From the NCBI GenBank assembly GCA_030704615.1, contig CM060732.1:6448001-6512000 (forward strand): a stretch of DNA of 64,000 nucleotides. Direction: 5' to 3'. The DNA is from Takakia lepidozioides (taxonomy: Eukaryota; Plantae; Bryophyta). Below the pieces are notes generated by a model that was given only the letters and a program-made list of their open reading frames with translations, had not been told where the DNA came from and did not search any database. The position numbers and the translations under genes are program-made. Below are positions 1 to 12,100 of the stretch, piece by piece. Position 1 is the first letter of the stretch. Every line of letters starts with the position of its first letter.

Positions 1-1379
1 CCAACAGTCCAGCAAACCAGACTGATATCCCATCAGAACCACACTTGGCGTCGCCGTCATGCCGTGGTTGCATTTCATCCATCCAACAGACTTACATATG
101 CCCATACTCATAGCACAACACACTGCTTAGAGAAAGTACTGACAAAGACGCAGTCGAAGAGCCTATTGATCCACGCACATTTGCAGTCATAAGGACCTTG
201 AACATCCACAAGCAACGTGAATCCACATCTCTCAGGCTACGTCTCCTTTCCCATTGTCCAATTTGCAAGGAGTCGGTAATGGTTGAGATATGATGATTCA
301 GGAGGTGCATCTGGATGTTTGAGGACCTTCGGACTGGATCCTGTTCCGTTCACACTCTTCGCAGTTCCCAGACATGTTGTTGTGGTGGCAGAGACGTCCT
401 CCCCTGAACAGTCTCATCGATGGACATAAATTCTGCAATGTATACACTCCCCCACGTGCATATGCTTCCGCGATTTCCGCTATCGTGTTACCAATGGTTT
501 CCTGCTCCATACGAAGGAGCTCGGACTCGGACACACACCACAAACCGTAAACGCATGCAATTTTTCCACATATCGTCCTAAAAAATAACCACGTCAGCAC
601 AAAACGAAGGCGAAAATAGGGGAAGCATATGCACGATGGTGGCTGTAGAGCCCCGCCAACCTTCTCATGTTCAGGCACACCCTTCATCGTCATTAAAATC
701 ACCCTAAACAAGAAGAACAGCCGCGTGCGTGCAAAGTCAGCTCCGCAACATTGGACAACAAAGAGCCGCAAGAACGAGACAACAAGAACGAGTGGCCGAG
801 TTTGTGGCAGGATGTTGCGATTTTCCATGCCCTAAACATGGATGGCGCGGATGGGTTTCTCAGAATGGACGATCCAGATCCTTCGGCTGGCGCGGATTGG
901 CAGACTGGCAGACTGGGGGCAGTAGACGGGCACAACGGACTGTTGGGTGGACTTGCGGGGACTGGCACAGCGGACTGGCCGGCAGACTGGCGGTTTGGCG
1001 GACTGAGGGGAACTGGATTCACGGACGGACTGGGGGCGCGGCGGAGTGCGGGCGGGGCGACCGCGCGCCCGGGGGGGGGGGGTCCCGGTGGGGGCCGGGC
1101 GTCCGTGCGTGGGGCCCACCGGTCAGCTCGTGTGTGCGCCATAACGTCCCAATTATTGTAAAAGCCTCTCATTTTTTAATAATTGGGACTTGAATGCACC
1201 TATGGGCCCCGCCAGTACGGCCCACCCCCCTTTCACCGGGTCTAGATTCTGAATTTTTTCTAAGTCCTAGATCTTTAAGGGCGGTGGACCTTCTAGCGGA
1301 CTGGCCAAACCCTCAACAAACTGACTCCAACTGACGAGCGGACTGACGAGCGGACTGGCGAGTGGCGAGCGGAACACTG
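1..1379. mobile_element. Right-hand part of a probable hAT-superfamily DNA transposon (continues left of window)
   Basis: Ends in GGAACACTG at 1371-1379; its reverse complement begins CAGTGTT, the same terminus as the MITE at 15172. Many CGGACTG/CAGACTG motif copies lie at 890-1030 and 1297-1360, as expected for subterminal repeats. The other end and TSD are not visible. Confidence 0.5.
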
Positions 1380-2053
1380 CCCAAGGGTAGTGGGAGAAGA
1401 GTAGGAGAAGAGCATACCACACCCGTCAAGTAGCAGGATTTGATCCCAGAATCATCTGGGTGGCATCAGTGCACTAACCAACTGAGTTACTGACTCTTGG
1501 TAATAGTTATTGTTTTGAAAATATCAAGTTGCCCCTGGCACCCCAACAATATTTCAAATCTCAATAAAGTCAATAATAATAATAATACCCTGACCCAGCG
1601 GGTAAATCTTTTCACAAAATTCAGGTTACCCTTAGGAAACCACCATACAAAGAGATTAGGCTTACATTGGAAGAAATCTGAGAACCACATAAAGTTATGT
1701 GTGCTTATCATTTTTGTATATTTCGGATATGTTTGTAGGCATTGCCACAGCCTTTTGCAGTTTGCTGCTTGTTCTAATCTAAATTACAAAACAGCCTGTT
1801 AGTGCAGTGTTGCAATAATACTTTTGGAGTTGCACATGGAGAGCATCAGTTGGTTCCCTTGGTTGAAGGAGGCATGATATGTTAGTTGCTCATTACCATA
1901 TCACAAGCCTGTGCTTGATCACCTAAGTAGGTCAGGGTTTGTTACAGCCCAGCTAGAGTAACCTCTCCACTGGTGGCTGCACCGTGGCTCTATACAATTA
2001 CCATCTACTATGAGAATGCAACCACTAACCTTGAGAGTTGCCAATGCATCAGA

Positions 2054-2427
2054 CTATACACTGGCAATCAGATTATGTAAGTAGCATTTAACGTACCCAA
2101 AAGTGCCCATCACACGCGTTGATACATAGCCATGAACTCTGCAGGCACTAAGCATGGCCCTCCACACCCCAACATCTGGTTGCAGCATGGACATCTTTAC
2201 CTGTCTCCTGGGCACCCCAGGCTTGCACACAGATTGAGAACACAATTGAACGTGACCTTGTCTGGCATCACCCTTTCCCCCATTATTTGCTCATAGATCT
2301 GAAGAGCCTCCCTGCCACTACCATGTTGAGCATATCCTGCCATCATGGTGTTCCATGCCACCACATCTTGTTGAGTCATTTTGTCAAAGGATAAGCGCAT
2401 AGGATAAGCATAGGATAAGCGGATCAA
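2054..2427 (-). pseudogene. PPR (PLS-class) and E-domain fragment
   Basis: FDKMTQQDVVAWNTMMAGYAQHGSGREAL...PDKVTFNCVLNLCAS, followed by QPDVGVWRAMLSACRVHG in another frame; broken. Confidence 0.85.
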
Positions 2428-2559
2428 GCTCGCAAATTTCTGAAGGGGAAGTTGTCATTCAAGTTTGTTGAAGCCAAGATTGTCCGTCGAATACTGTTGA
2501 GCCTCTCCGTCGCTTAGTTCATTCATGGCACACGCTGAGCCTGATTCGATCCTGGCCCT

Positions 2560-3902
2560 GTACATGCAATCACCACATATCCAACGGTTCTTGATGATGC
2601 CGATAGGCGTCCCAGAGGGTGTGCTTATCAGCCAAAAAGCAATGGCCAGCTTCTCACTGAGGTGGCAGAGAGAAAATTCCTTTTGCTGCTCTTCCACATT
2701 GTGCAATACAAAACGAGTGTCTGGTCCGGCATGTACCCGGTTTTCTCCATCTGCTCAGAGACTCTCTTCAGCTCAGCATGGATTTCCCCCATCTGTGGAT
2801 GCAGTTTGTCTTCTGCAACAAAGGTATGCACCCGGTTGTCCACCTCAATACAGCTGTGCCCTGGCTCCTTTCCTACACCTCTCTTGTGCATCATTTTTCT
2901 GACCTTTGTTGTGTCAGCCCACCTGCCAGCTACATCATAGATGTTTGATAAGAGCACATAAGTTGCAAAGTGTTGTGGATCGCACTTGAGAATGCATGTC
3001 GTTGCATGCTCTGCTTGCTCCACATTGCCATGAATTCTACATGCACCAAGCCAGGCACCCCACACCGTAGCATCTGGTATAATTGGCATCTTACTAACTC
3101 TGCCTCATCCAATCGCCCTGCACGGCCAAGAAGGTCCACCATGCAGCCAAAGTGCTCTAGGGTAGGAGTGAGACTATGGGCTTGACTAATGGAAACAAAG
3201 TAGTGAAAGCCTTCAACTACTAGGTCCACATGGCTACCTGCAGACAAAACACATATAAAGGTGATACCATTTTTCTTCAAATCCTCCAGTCTCATGTGTT
3301 CAAATAGTTGCCCGGCCTCCCTACCCAATACTGGGCATATCCTGCAACCATCGCATTCCATGAGACCAAATCTCGTTCGCACTTGGCATACATGTTCACA
3401 AGCGCAGTCTCGAGAATGATATCTGATGCAATTCCAGCTTCTATAATGTCAGCATGCACCTCTTTTCCCTTTCCCAGGGCTGCAGGCTGGCACAAGCATT
3501 GAGCACACAGATGAATGTGACCTTGTCAGGCATCAGCCCTTCCCCTCGCATTTTCTCATACATCTCGAAAGCCTCCTTACTGAAACCATGCTGAGCATAT
3601 CCTGCAATCATTGTGTTCCATGAGACCAAATCTCGTTCAACCATGTTGCCAAACATTTGGCACGCATCCTTCAGGCTCCCGCATTTAGCATACATGTTCA
3701 CTAAGGTATTCTCCAAATTAATATATGACCCAATTCCAGTTTTGATAATGTCAGCATGAACCCTTTTGCCCTTTTCCAGGGCACATGCATTGAGAATGCA
3801 AATGAAGGTGACCAAATCAGGGGTCACCCCTGCCTGTAGCATTTGCTCATAGATCTCAAAAGCTTCCTTACCAAACCCATGCTGAGCATATCCTGCAATC
3901 AT
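2560..3902 (-). pseudogene. PLS-E-DYW PPR RNA-editing factor pseudogene (copy B)
   Basis: PLS repeats ([18 protein letters not shown]), E domain ([34 protein letters not shown]), PG box KEPGHSCIEV, DYW remnant HLSEKLA...CGDC. Frameshifted and truncated after CGDC. Confidence 0.9.
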
Positions 3903-6235
3903 CGCACTTCAGAACAAATCCCATCTTCAAAGTGGTGAAAGCGGTTAGCGTCCCATACAAAAATTGCTCGGCCAACAATCTTTGAGATGAATTTGGTGGA
4001 GGTGTGGCAGTCACCACACACTCGAAGATTCTTGATGAGATGGAGAGGCGTCCTAGGGGTCGTGCTGATCAGCCCAAAACCATTGGCCAGCTTCTCACTG
4101 TGGTGGCAAAGAGAAAACTCCTTTTCCTCCTCCCCCATTTCGCAATACAAAGCGCGTGTCAGGCACATACCCCGCCTCCTTCATCTGCCCAGACAATCTT
4201 CTCAGCTCAGCATGGATTTTCTTAATTCTGGGATGCAACTTGTCATCTACAATGAAGGTGTGCATCCTGTTGCCAACCTCAATGCAGCAGCGACCTGGCT
4301 CCTGGCTCCTTTCTAACCCCTCTGACCTTGATCATTCTTCTCACCTTTGCAGTATCATCCCACCTGCCAGCTGCGGCATAGATGTTTGATAACAACACAT
4401 AAGTCGCGCCATCCTGTTCATCCCATTAGAGGATAGATGTTGCCGCACGTTCAGCCATCTCCACATTGCCATGGATTCTGCAGGCACCAAGCAAGGCCTT
4501 CCACACCACAACATTGGGATTTCAGTAGGCCAGTGTGGCTGCATGCAGAGAGAACACATATAAAGGTGATACTGTCCGGCTTCAAGCCTTTCTTTTGCAT
4601 TCCTTCAAATAGTTGCAGGACCTCCCTATGACAACCATGCTGGGCATATCCTGCGATCATCGCATTCCACGACACCACATTTCATTCAGCCATATTGTCA
4701 AATACTCACTTTGCATCCTCACCGCACCCACATTTCACATACATGTCCACCAGGGCAGCGTCCAGAATGACATTTGGTACAGTTCCAGCTTTGATGATGT
4801 CACCATGGCGCACCTCTTTGCTGGAACGCCACGGAACGCCATGCATCCATGCCTCTATGGAACGCCATGCTCTGCCAGGCTTGCAAACGCACACAAACAT
4901 GATGTGGTCGGGCTTCACCCCTTCCCCCAGGCCTCCATCCCGCGCTCCTGCTGTGCATATCCTGCAAGCATGGCGTTCCATGACACCAAATCTCATTCAG
5001 CCATATTGTTGAACACTCCCTCCACATCCTCAATGCTCCCACATTTGGCATACATGTCTACGAGGGTATTGTTCAGAATCACATCTGGTACAATTCCAGC
5101 TTTGGCGATGCAACCATGCACCTCTTTGCCCTTTTCCAGGGCTGCCAGGCTTGCACACGCAGTGCAAACGCACACAAACGTGATGTGGTCGGGCTTCATC
5201 CCTTCGCACATCATTCCAAGGCCTCCATCCCGCGCCCCTGCTGTGCATACCCTGCAAGCATTGAGTTCCATGACACCACATCTCGTTCAGCCATAGTCTT
5301 GAAAACTCCCTTCGCATCCTAATGCACCCACATTTGGCATACATGTCCACCAGGGCAGTGTTCAGGATGACATCTGGTACAATTCCAGCCTTGACGATGT
5401 CGCCATGGACCTCTTTCCCCTTTTCCAGAGCTGCCAGGCTTGCACACACACTGCAAACACAAACAAATGTGATGTGGTTGGGCTTCACCCCTTCGCACAT
5501 CATTTGCTTATAGGTCTGCAAAGCCTCCATCCCGCACCCTTGCTGTGCATATCATGCAATCATCGCACTCCACAACACCACATCTCGTTCAGCCATACTG
5601 TCAAACATTCCCTTGGCATCCTTAATGCACCCACATTTGACATACATGTCCACCAGGGCAGTGTTCAGCATGACACCGGGTACAATTCCAGATTTGACGA
5701 TGCAACCATGGACCTCTTTGCACTTTTCCAGGCTGCCAGGCTTGCACATGCACTGCAAACGCACACAAACATGATGTGGTCGAGCTTCACCACTTCCCCC
5801 ATCATTTGCTGATAGGTCTCCAAAGCCCCATCCCGCGCCCCTGCTGTGCACACCCTGCAAGCATCGCGTTCCACGACACCACATCTCGTTCAGCCATAGG
5901 TTGAACACTCCCTTGGCATCCTCAATGCTCCCACATTTGGCATACATGACCACCAGAGCAGTGTTCAGGATGACATCTGGTACAATTGATGATGTCACCA
6001 TGGATCTCTTTGCCAGGGCTGCCAGACGCACTGCAAATGCACACAAACGTTATGTGGGCGGTTTCACCCCTTCCCCCATCATTTGCTCATAGGTCTCCAA
6101 AGCCTCCATCCCGCACCCCTGCTGTGCATACCCTGCAAACATCACAATCCACGACACCACATCTCGTTCAGCCATAGTGTTCAGAATGACAGGTAATCTG
6201 ACACAGCAATAGACTGTGGGTCCAGATTCATCCAA
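3899..6235 (-). pseudogene. PLS-E-DYW PPR RNA-editing factor pseudogene (copy A) with tandemly amplified PLS triplets
   Basis: About five similar ~300-bp P-L-S units (anchor CCACATTTGGCATACATG at ~4728, 5039, 5328, 5631, 5931), an E domain, and a DYW domain HHSEKLA...LRVCGDCH...[11 protein letters not shown] lacking the terminal DYW. Many frameshifts. Confidence 0.9.
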
Positions 6236-6240
6236 GAGGG

Positions 6241-6771
6241 CCAGATTTCAAGCTCCAGATTACCTATGATTACCTACAAGAAACCTGCATGGGTAGATGG
6301 TAAGTGGAAGCCGCAGCAGCAGCGGCACAATTGATAAAATCAAGCGTTGCTAATGAAGGCACCTTCTTCAACACATTTCACCCTGTTTTCCCTCTTATCA
6401 GAATCGGCCCTAAATTTCCATATTGAATTCTGCAAGTTAGCTGGTTGAGTGAATCTTTGATAGTTTGGAGTGACTTTGACATGATACTCCCAACTGACAA
6501 CAGGAAAGTATCCTAAAAGAGGTAACAGAGATGAGGAGAAGCTGTGGAATGAATACTTTTCTGACCCCAGTCAATGGTGGAACAACCGAGGCAAAAAGGT
6601 ATCCATGCCTCTGCACAAATCATGCATACATCCTTGCCTTGCTGCTAGCAGCTGACAGCCTAGAATTGTTCCAGCAAACACCCCAACCCTACTTATCACA
6701 TTAGTTCCTATATTCTTGTAGCTATTGATCCACAGGGAATCATAGGTAATCTTGTGCTTGAAATCTGGCAT
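6241..6771. pseudogene. Fragments of OSB-type PDF motifs on both strands
   Basis: Plus 6241-6307 PDFKLQITYD/YKKPAWVDGKW; plus 6530-6598 DEEKLWNEYFSDPSQWWNNRGKK followed by a GT donor; minus 6771-6712 MPDFKHKITYDSLWINSYKN. These match the WWDNR...PDFKHK...ALW...PxWV pattern of plant OSB proteins. Confidence 0.7.
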
Positions 6772-7224
6772 CCAAAAGCTAAGGTTGACTCCTGTAATTA
6801 CATATCCAGAGGTGGTAGAGGCTAACCTGTAAGCCAAGTAGCCTGATTGGTCTTGGTTGTCCAGGATTGATGCAGTCAGGCCCAGCTGGCTCCACAAATG
6901 CCTTATTGGCAAGCCCATACCCTATGGGATCTGGATGCTGCATCGCGTCACCTTCTAGAGGTGAGAAAACTACCCAAAATGACAATTCTTTCTGAGACTT
7001 ATGCATTGTAGGTGATGCCGAGTCATTTCCTGAACCCAAATTGACGGAAACCCTATCACTAAGCATTCTTTCTCTGCATCAAAATGGGAGTCTTGAAATG
7101 CTGATAGCTCAAGTATGTGGGCTGAACTGAAAGGAAGATTGACATGAGGATCTCTCATTCAAAAAGAGAAAGAAAGACCTTCATAATTCTGAACTGAAGG
7201 AGGATTGACATGAGGATCCGACAT

Positions 7225-7247
7225 AGAGAGAGAGAGAGAGAGAGAGA
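7225..7247. repeat. (AG)n microsatellite
   Basis: About 11 AG units seen directly. Confidence 0.95.
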
Positions 7248-8035
7248 ATGTACTCATAAGACTTTGTTTGCCGACCTTGTGGCCATAAACTCTTCAGCTT
7301 GAGATCTTCCCTGAATTCAAAAAGAGAAAAAAAGACCTTCATAATGCTCATGGCATAGTTGAAATTGGCGCCCTGCCGAACTACAGAAACGACTCCTTGA
7401 GAAATTCTGGGGATGTCCTTTTCCCCCTGCGCCGCTTGCCAGGGCGCATCATCCGCAAACTCCTTTACCACTCTTCCTCCTGGGAGCCATTCTCCTAGAT
7501 TACGAGTAACTGCGTCTATCTAAGAAAATATTATACTCTCTAAGACATCATGAAGAATACCAAATCATGGTACTAAGAGTCCACCTTTGCAGGATGGACA
7601 AACTTCTTCACACCGTACATTAAGAAAAAATCACACCTTGCGATTGCGGTTGTCCCACCATCGTGCAAATTCGAGCCGTGAGAGCTTCTACGCTTTACTC
7701 ATAATCTGCACATGTCTCCATCACGCCCAAGTGTGAAACACCTCCTGCAGTTCAAGAAGGTCAAGAACCGGGCATTACGGCCAATTCCGAAAAACTTGGC
7801 GCGACTACGGGCGTTTCTCGAGCGGGCGGTCCGTGCAGACTCGACAAAAATTGACGACGAAACGTGGCGACGATGACATGGCGACGAAAACGTGGCACTA
7901 TGGCACCCTATTCCTGCTCTACGCTAAACTAGCTTCCAACCTTCGGTCCTCTCTAGAATTTATCTACATATTTCAGGTGTTTTGTGGGCCCAACAGACTC
8001 GCTCCGCATCTCACTTCCCTTGCGCGCCCCGGGAC

Positions 8036-8200
8036 GGCTCACCCGAGCAGACTGACCCCATCAGGTAGGGGTCGCCCCACCCTGGGCCACCCGCGGGCCC
8101 CGCCCCCTGCGAGCCCCGGGCCAGCTCACCCGAGCAGACCGACCCCATGGGGTAGGGGTCGCCCCACCTGGGCGAGCCCTTGCCACCCGCGGGCCCCGCT
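8036..8200. repeat. GC-rich direct duplication (~87-bp period)
   Basis: GCTCACCCGAGCAGACYGACCCCAT..GGTAGGGGTCGCCCCACC occurs at ~8037 and ~8124. Confidence 0.8.
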
Positions 8201-9104
8201 ACAACCACACATGCCTGCATTCAAGTCCCAATTATCAAAAATATGCGGCCTCTCCAAGGGATCGTAACTTATGGTGTCATTTCACCACAAAGGCTACTGC
8301 CTTCTGGTGGACACCTTCATGACACACCAGACCGTGGTTTGAACCCATAACCACATCCAACGTGGTATGTGCCCATTATCACTAGGCTACATGCTGGTTG
8401 TCCCAGTTATCAAATAATGAGAAGCATTGTGTGTAAAATGAGAGGCATTTTTGGGGGGGTAAAAACATGACCTTATTTTTCCTTTGTGTTTGGAGGTATC
8501 TTCTCGAGCAAACTTTCATCCATACAATCCTTGGAATCAAGTTGTGATCTCCTCCATGCCTTTCCCCCTTGTCATCTCAATCTTCAAGAACTCCACATAC
8601 AATGATCCACTCTTCAATGATCCACTCTTGGAGGTAAGTGGGGTTGCAAGGTCTTGCCACGCTAACCTAGGTAATCCTACAAATTTGTAAGGGTATGCTG
8701 TTCAATATCAGGTCAGGTTTTCACGTTGGGAAGGCCCTTCGTGTCTGGCCTTCCTGGATTTTCGGGCCCTCGCCTCGAGCTTGCACCCTCGTCTTCAGGG
8801 TTCCTTAAATCCAGGAAGGCCCTCCACTCAAGGCCTTCCCCTACACGTAGCCAAGTATAGTGCTACCTTAAGAAGCTATGCGCGAGGGAGAGTAGGAGAT
8901 CCGACGAAGTGTCGGCCTAGGCCACAATGTGAGCCAAAATAATTCACAGGAACACGGTAGCATTGTTGTCTTCATCAGGGCGATGCAGGCGCGCAAAGTA
9001 GGAGGGGATTGCCGTAGCTTGAAGATTCTTAAGAGGATTCGACGGGGGTTTGAGAGGGTTTAAACCTACAAAGACCACTTTGAAGGAGAGAGACAAAGGC
9101 AGAG

Positions 9105-12100
9105 ATGCAGAGTGTGAAATCAATGCCAGGCATTAGCTGCGGACGAGGTCTAGTGTTCCGGGGCTGCTTATATGGATATCGGGCGAGCTCTTGGCTGTTT
9201 GTTCCTTCTCCTTCGACACGTGCCTCTCATCTAGCACTCAACGAAGCATCCTTGCTACGCTTTTGCTCCCAGCAATCCTTTCTGAGAAAATTTTGTGAGG
9301 GTTATCTTGGTCAGAAAGCCAGGGCGCTGTGGAGGGGGGAGTGGAGTCGACTACAGCCGTTTGCCAGTCTTGAAACCGCAGAGGAGAGAGAAATTCTCGC
9401 AAGAGACCTAAGCGATCAATTGAGGGAGACAGCAAAGGAGGTAGGATCTGCAATAGAGGGAGGAGCAAGGCTCCAGAAACCGGAAACGTGCACTGCTGAC
9501 GAATTACACTATGTGCCTGTCCCAGGCACATCATGGAGGCTTGCTCTCTGGCATTATCTTCCTTCTCCAGACGTAATTATCTTTCCTCACAAGTTATTAC
9601 AAGGAATTTAATTCCTGTTTGTCCTCTACAGAATTCTATGTACTGGCTATTATGGAATCACCACCGGAGAAATTTTAGAGAAAATCTAAACTCATCGGAT
9701 CAAGTTAGAAGGTTGACTGGGAAAGATGTTGCACTCGGCGTGAGTGCTCTTAGATGTTCTGGTTGCTGAGTAGCTGAACAATTTAATTAACCAAAGTGTT
9801 GAGGAGACAGTCTTGATATTAGCCAGTCTTCCAGCTTACCTTTCTGTTGTGAGATGAAGAGGTTGCAATCTTCTGGCAGCTCATGAGGACTGCTTTTAAT
9901 GGCGTCCTTAGCAGTGGGCATGAGGCAGCGCTCATTGCACAAGTTCTATCTACTAAACTCGGTTTACTCTGCATAGATGGATCCATAACATGTACGGACA
10001 ATGGGATGGATTTTGCATCTAAGAATAGCTGAAAGAGATTCAAGCGCAAATGAGTATAGTGCTACCATGTGATGGATAGAAAGTGTGGGCATCGATGCAG
10101 GCTCCAAGAAGAAATCATCCTGTGTTGTTGCTTTCTGGCATCGGCACAAATGCGATCGGCTTTGACTTAGACCCTAATGTAAGTGAAGGTTTCTTTGCAA
10201 GGGTGACGTTGTTTCAAAGCCTAGGAACAGACTACTTGGCGGTTTTTATCAATTGCATTCTGTCCCTCACGGGTGTCCTTGGATCACCAGCAGGAGGGGA
10301 GAGAGTGTGAGAAAAGACAGAAGGGATGGACATGCTATTTTTGTGATGATTCCTATTTCTGCTTCTCTGGTAAGCAGCTACAATTGAGCTGGGATTTAGA
10401 GGAGGGGGGGGTGTGTGTGTGGTTGTGCTGGGGGTGCTTGCACAGGTGTCTTTGGCGCGCTACCTGTCAGGAGCAGGGTTTGACACGTGGATTTTAGAGG
10501 TCCGGGGTGCAGGTTTGAGCAAGCAAGAGGGTGAGCTCACTTCTACTGAGCTTAGTGGCCGTGATGGGGCTCTCACTGGGGCTGTTCAAGATGGTTTGGA
10601 AGCAACAGTCAAGTCTGCCATTGATGCTCCATCAGTAACCGGCAAGATGAATGGAATGAATGCAGCAACTTTAGAACAATTGTCGACAGCGAGTGAGAAA
10701 AAAGTTGAAGCAACAGAAGTGGAGTCAACGGCATCTCGGCTGTCAAACGTAGTAATGCAGTTGTCGGACAGATTGAGGGGCTTGGTTAGTGAAGGGCAGT
10801 CACGAATCCTGTCTGCTCAGTTCATTGAGCAGGTGAGTTGGTTTTGTATTGACAAGAATTGGTCACTATCTTCCTCAGGCTTTATGGTTCCTGTAAGCAT
10901 AGCCATCCCTTGCTATGGGTATGGAAATCATATTTCCTATACCAAACCTTATATTACCTTTGTGAGCAAGCGTACTGCTGTGGAGAGTATGGAGGCTCAT
11001 TTTTTCTTCTAGTTCAATGGAGGTCCTTCGGTTTCTTTGCTGGATTCTCAACAGGTCAGGGAGACTCTCAGCAATTTGCAGCACAATCACAACATCCTCG
11101 TCAATTCAGTAATCTTCAGAGCTACAGTGTCATAGGTATGTAGATGCTGTGTATGTGCATATAGGAGGCGTGAATACCCTCCATACTGCTTGACCATTCT
11201 GAAAGTGAAGAAAATGTGCAGATTTCATCGCTTTTAGAAGACGGAGTTTTGTCCGGGCGACTTGGGGAGCTAAGAGAACGGCTAGCCAGCATTTTGGAGG
11301 GTCAGCAAAGCAGTTCTACTTTCGCCACTCAAATCTCAGATCTGTCAAAGAGGGTTATCCAATTGCTGGAAGAAGGGCAGCATTCGGTGTCGCCACGTGT
11401 TTCCAACTTGCAGGCATTTTAATTTTATCTTTCTATACTGTTTTTCCACTATGAACCCACAAACGAAGGTCTTTTTCCGGCTTCTTGGGAGAAATGGGGC
11501 TGATGTCTCATTGATGCCAGTAAACATGTCTTAGTGAGCTTCCATCATACATCATGCCAACTCTATAGACTAAATCTGTACTCTGACGGCATTCAAAGCT
11601 TCTTCAGCATCTGGTGGAAGGGGCAAAAATGTTAATCATGACTGGACATCAATATAGGTGTCAGGAAATAAGCTCAAAAGTTAAGTGGTTGAGGAATCGG
11701 TTCATTATTTCCTAGGATGAGTTGTCATTCTTTTTTGTCAAAGCTTAAGAAATGGTGTCAATATCTTGGACGTTTTCTGAAATTCTGCTCTAAGACAACT
11801 GTCTGTTACAGGAGAGGTTGAACACGACCATTGGCGAATTTCAGGAGATTCTCGAGCTGATTGCCAAGTATGATTGGGACTTTGACAATTATCTAGAGGA
11901 GGATGTTCCAGCAGCAGTAAGATTTCTGCAGTTCTACACTGACAAATCAAGCATTTTCTTGGGGCAGACTTGTTGCGCTTGAGTCATTGAATGCCCAAGC
12001 ACTCTTCCAAGGTCCTTAAGCTTTGAGATGTGAAACATTGCCATGGGTGGTTTGCTCTGGAACCAACTGTTGCCTTCAGGTTATGTGTTACTCTCAAGTA

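Noticed and set aside
629-1193. GC-rich overlapping ORFs
   Set aside because: Stop-poor GC-rich subterminal repeat DNA with no recognisable domain.
3899-4168. U-to-C (DYW:KP-type) editing domain
   Set aside because: The PG box and HSEKLA are of the canonical C-to-U type, and the domain is truncated.
8688-8871. Possible PIF/Harbinger MITE (TAA flanks)
   Set aside because: The terminal inverted match is too poor to support the call.
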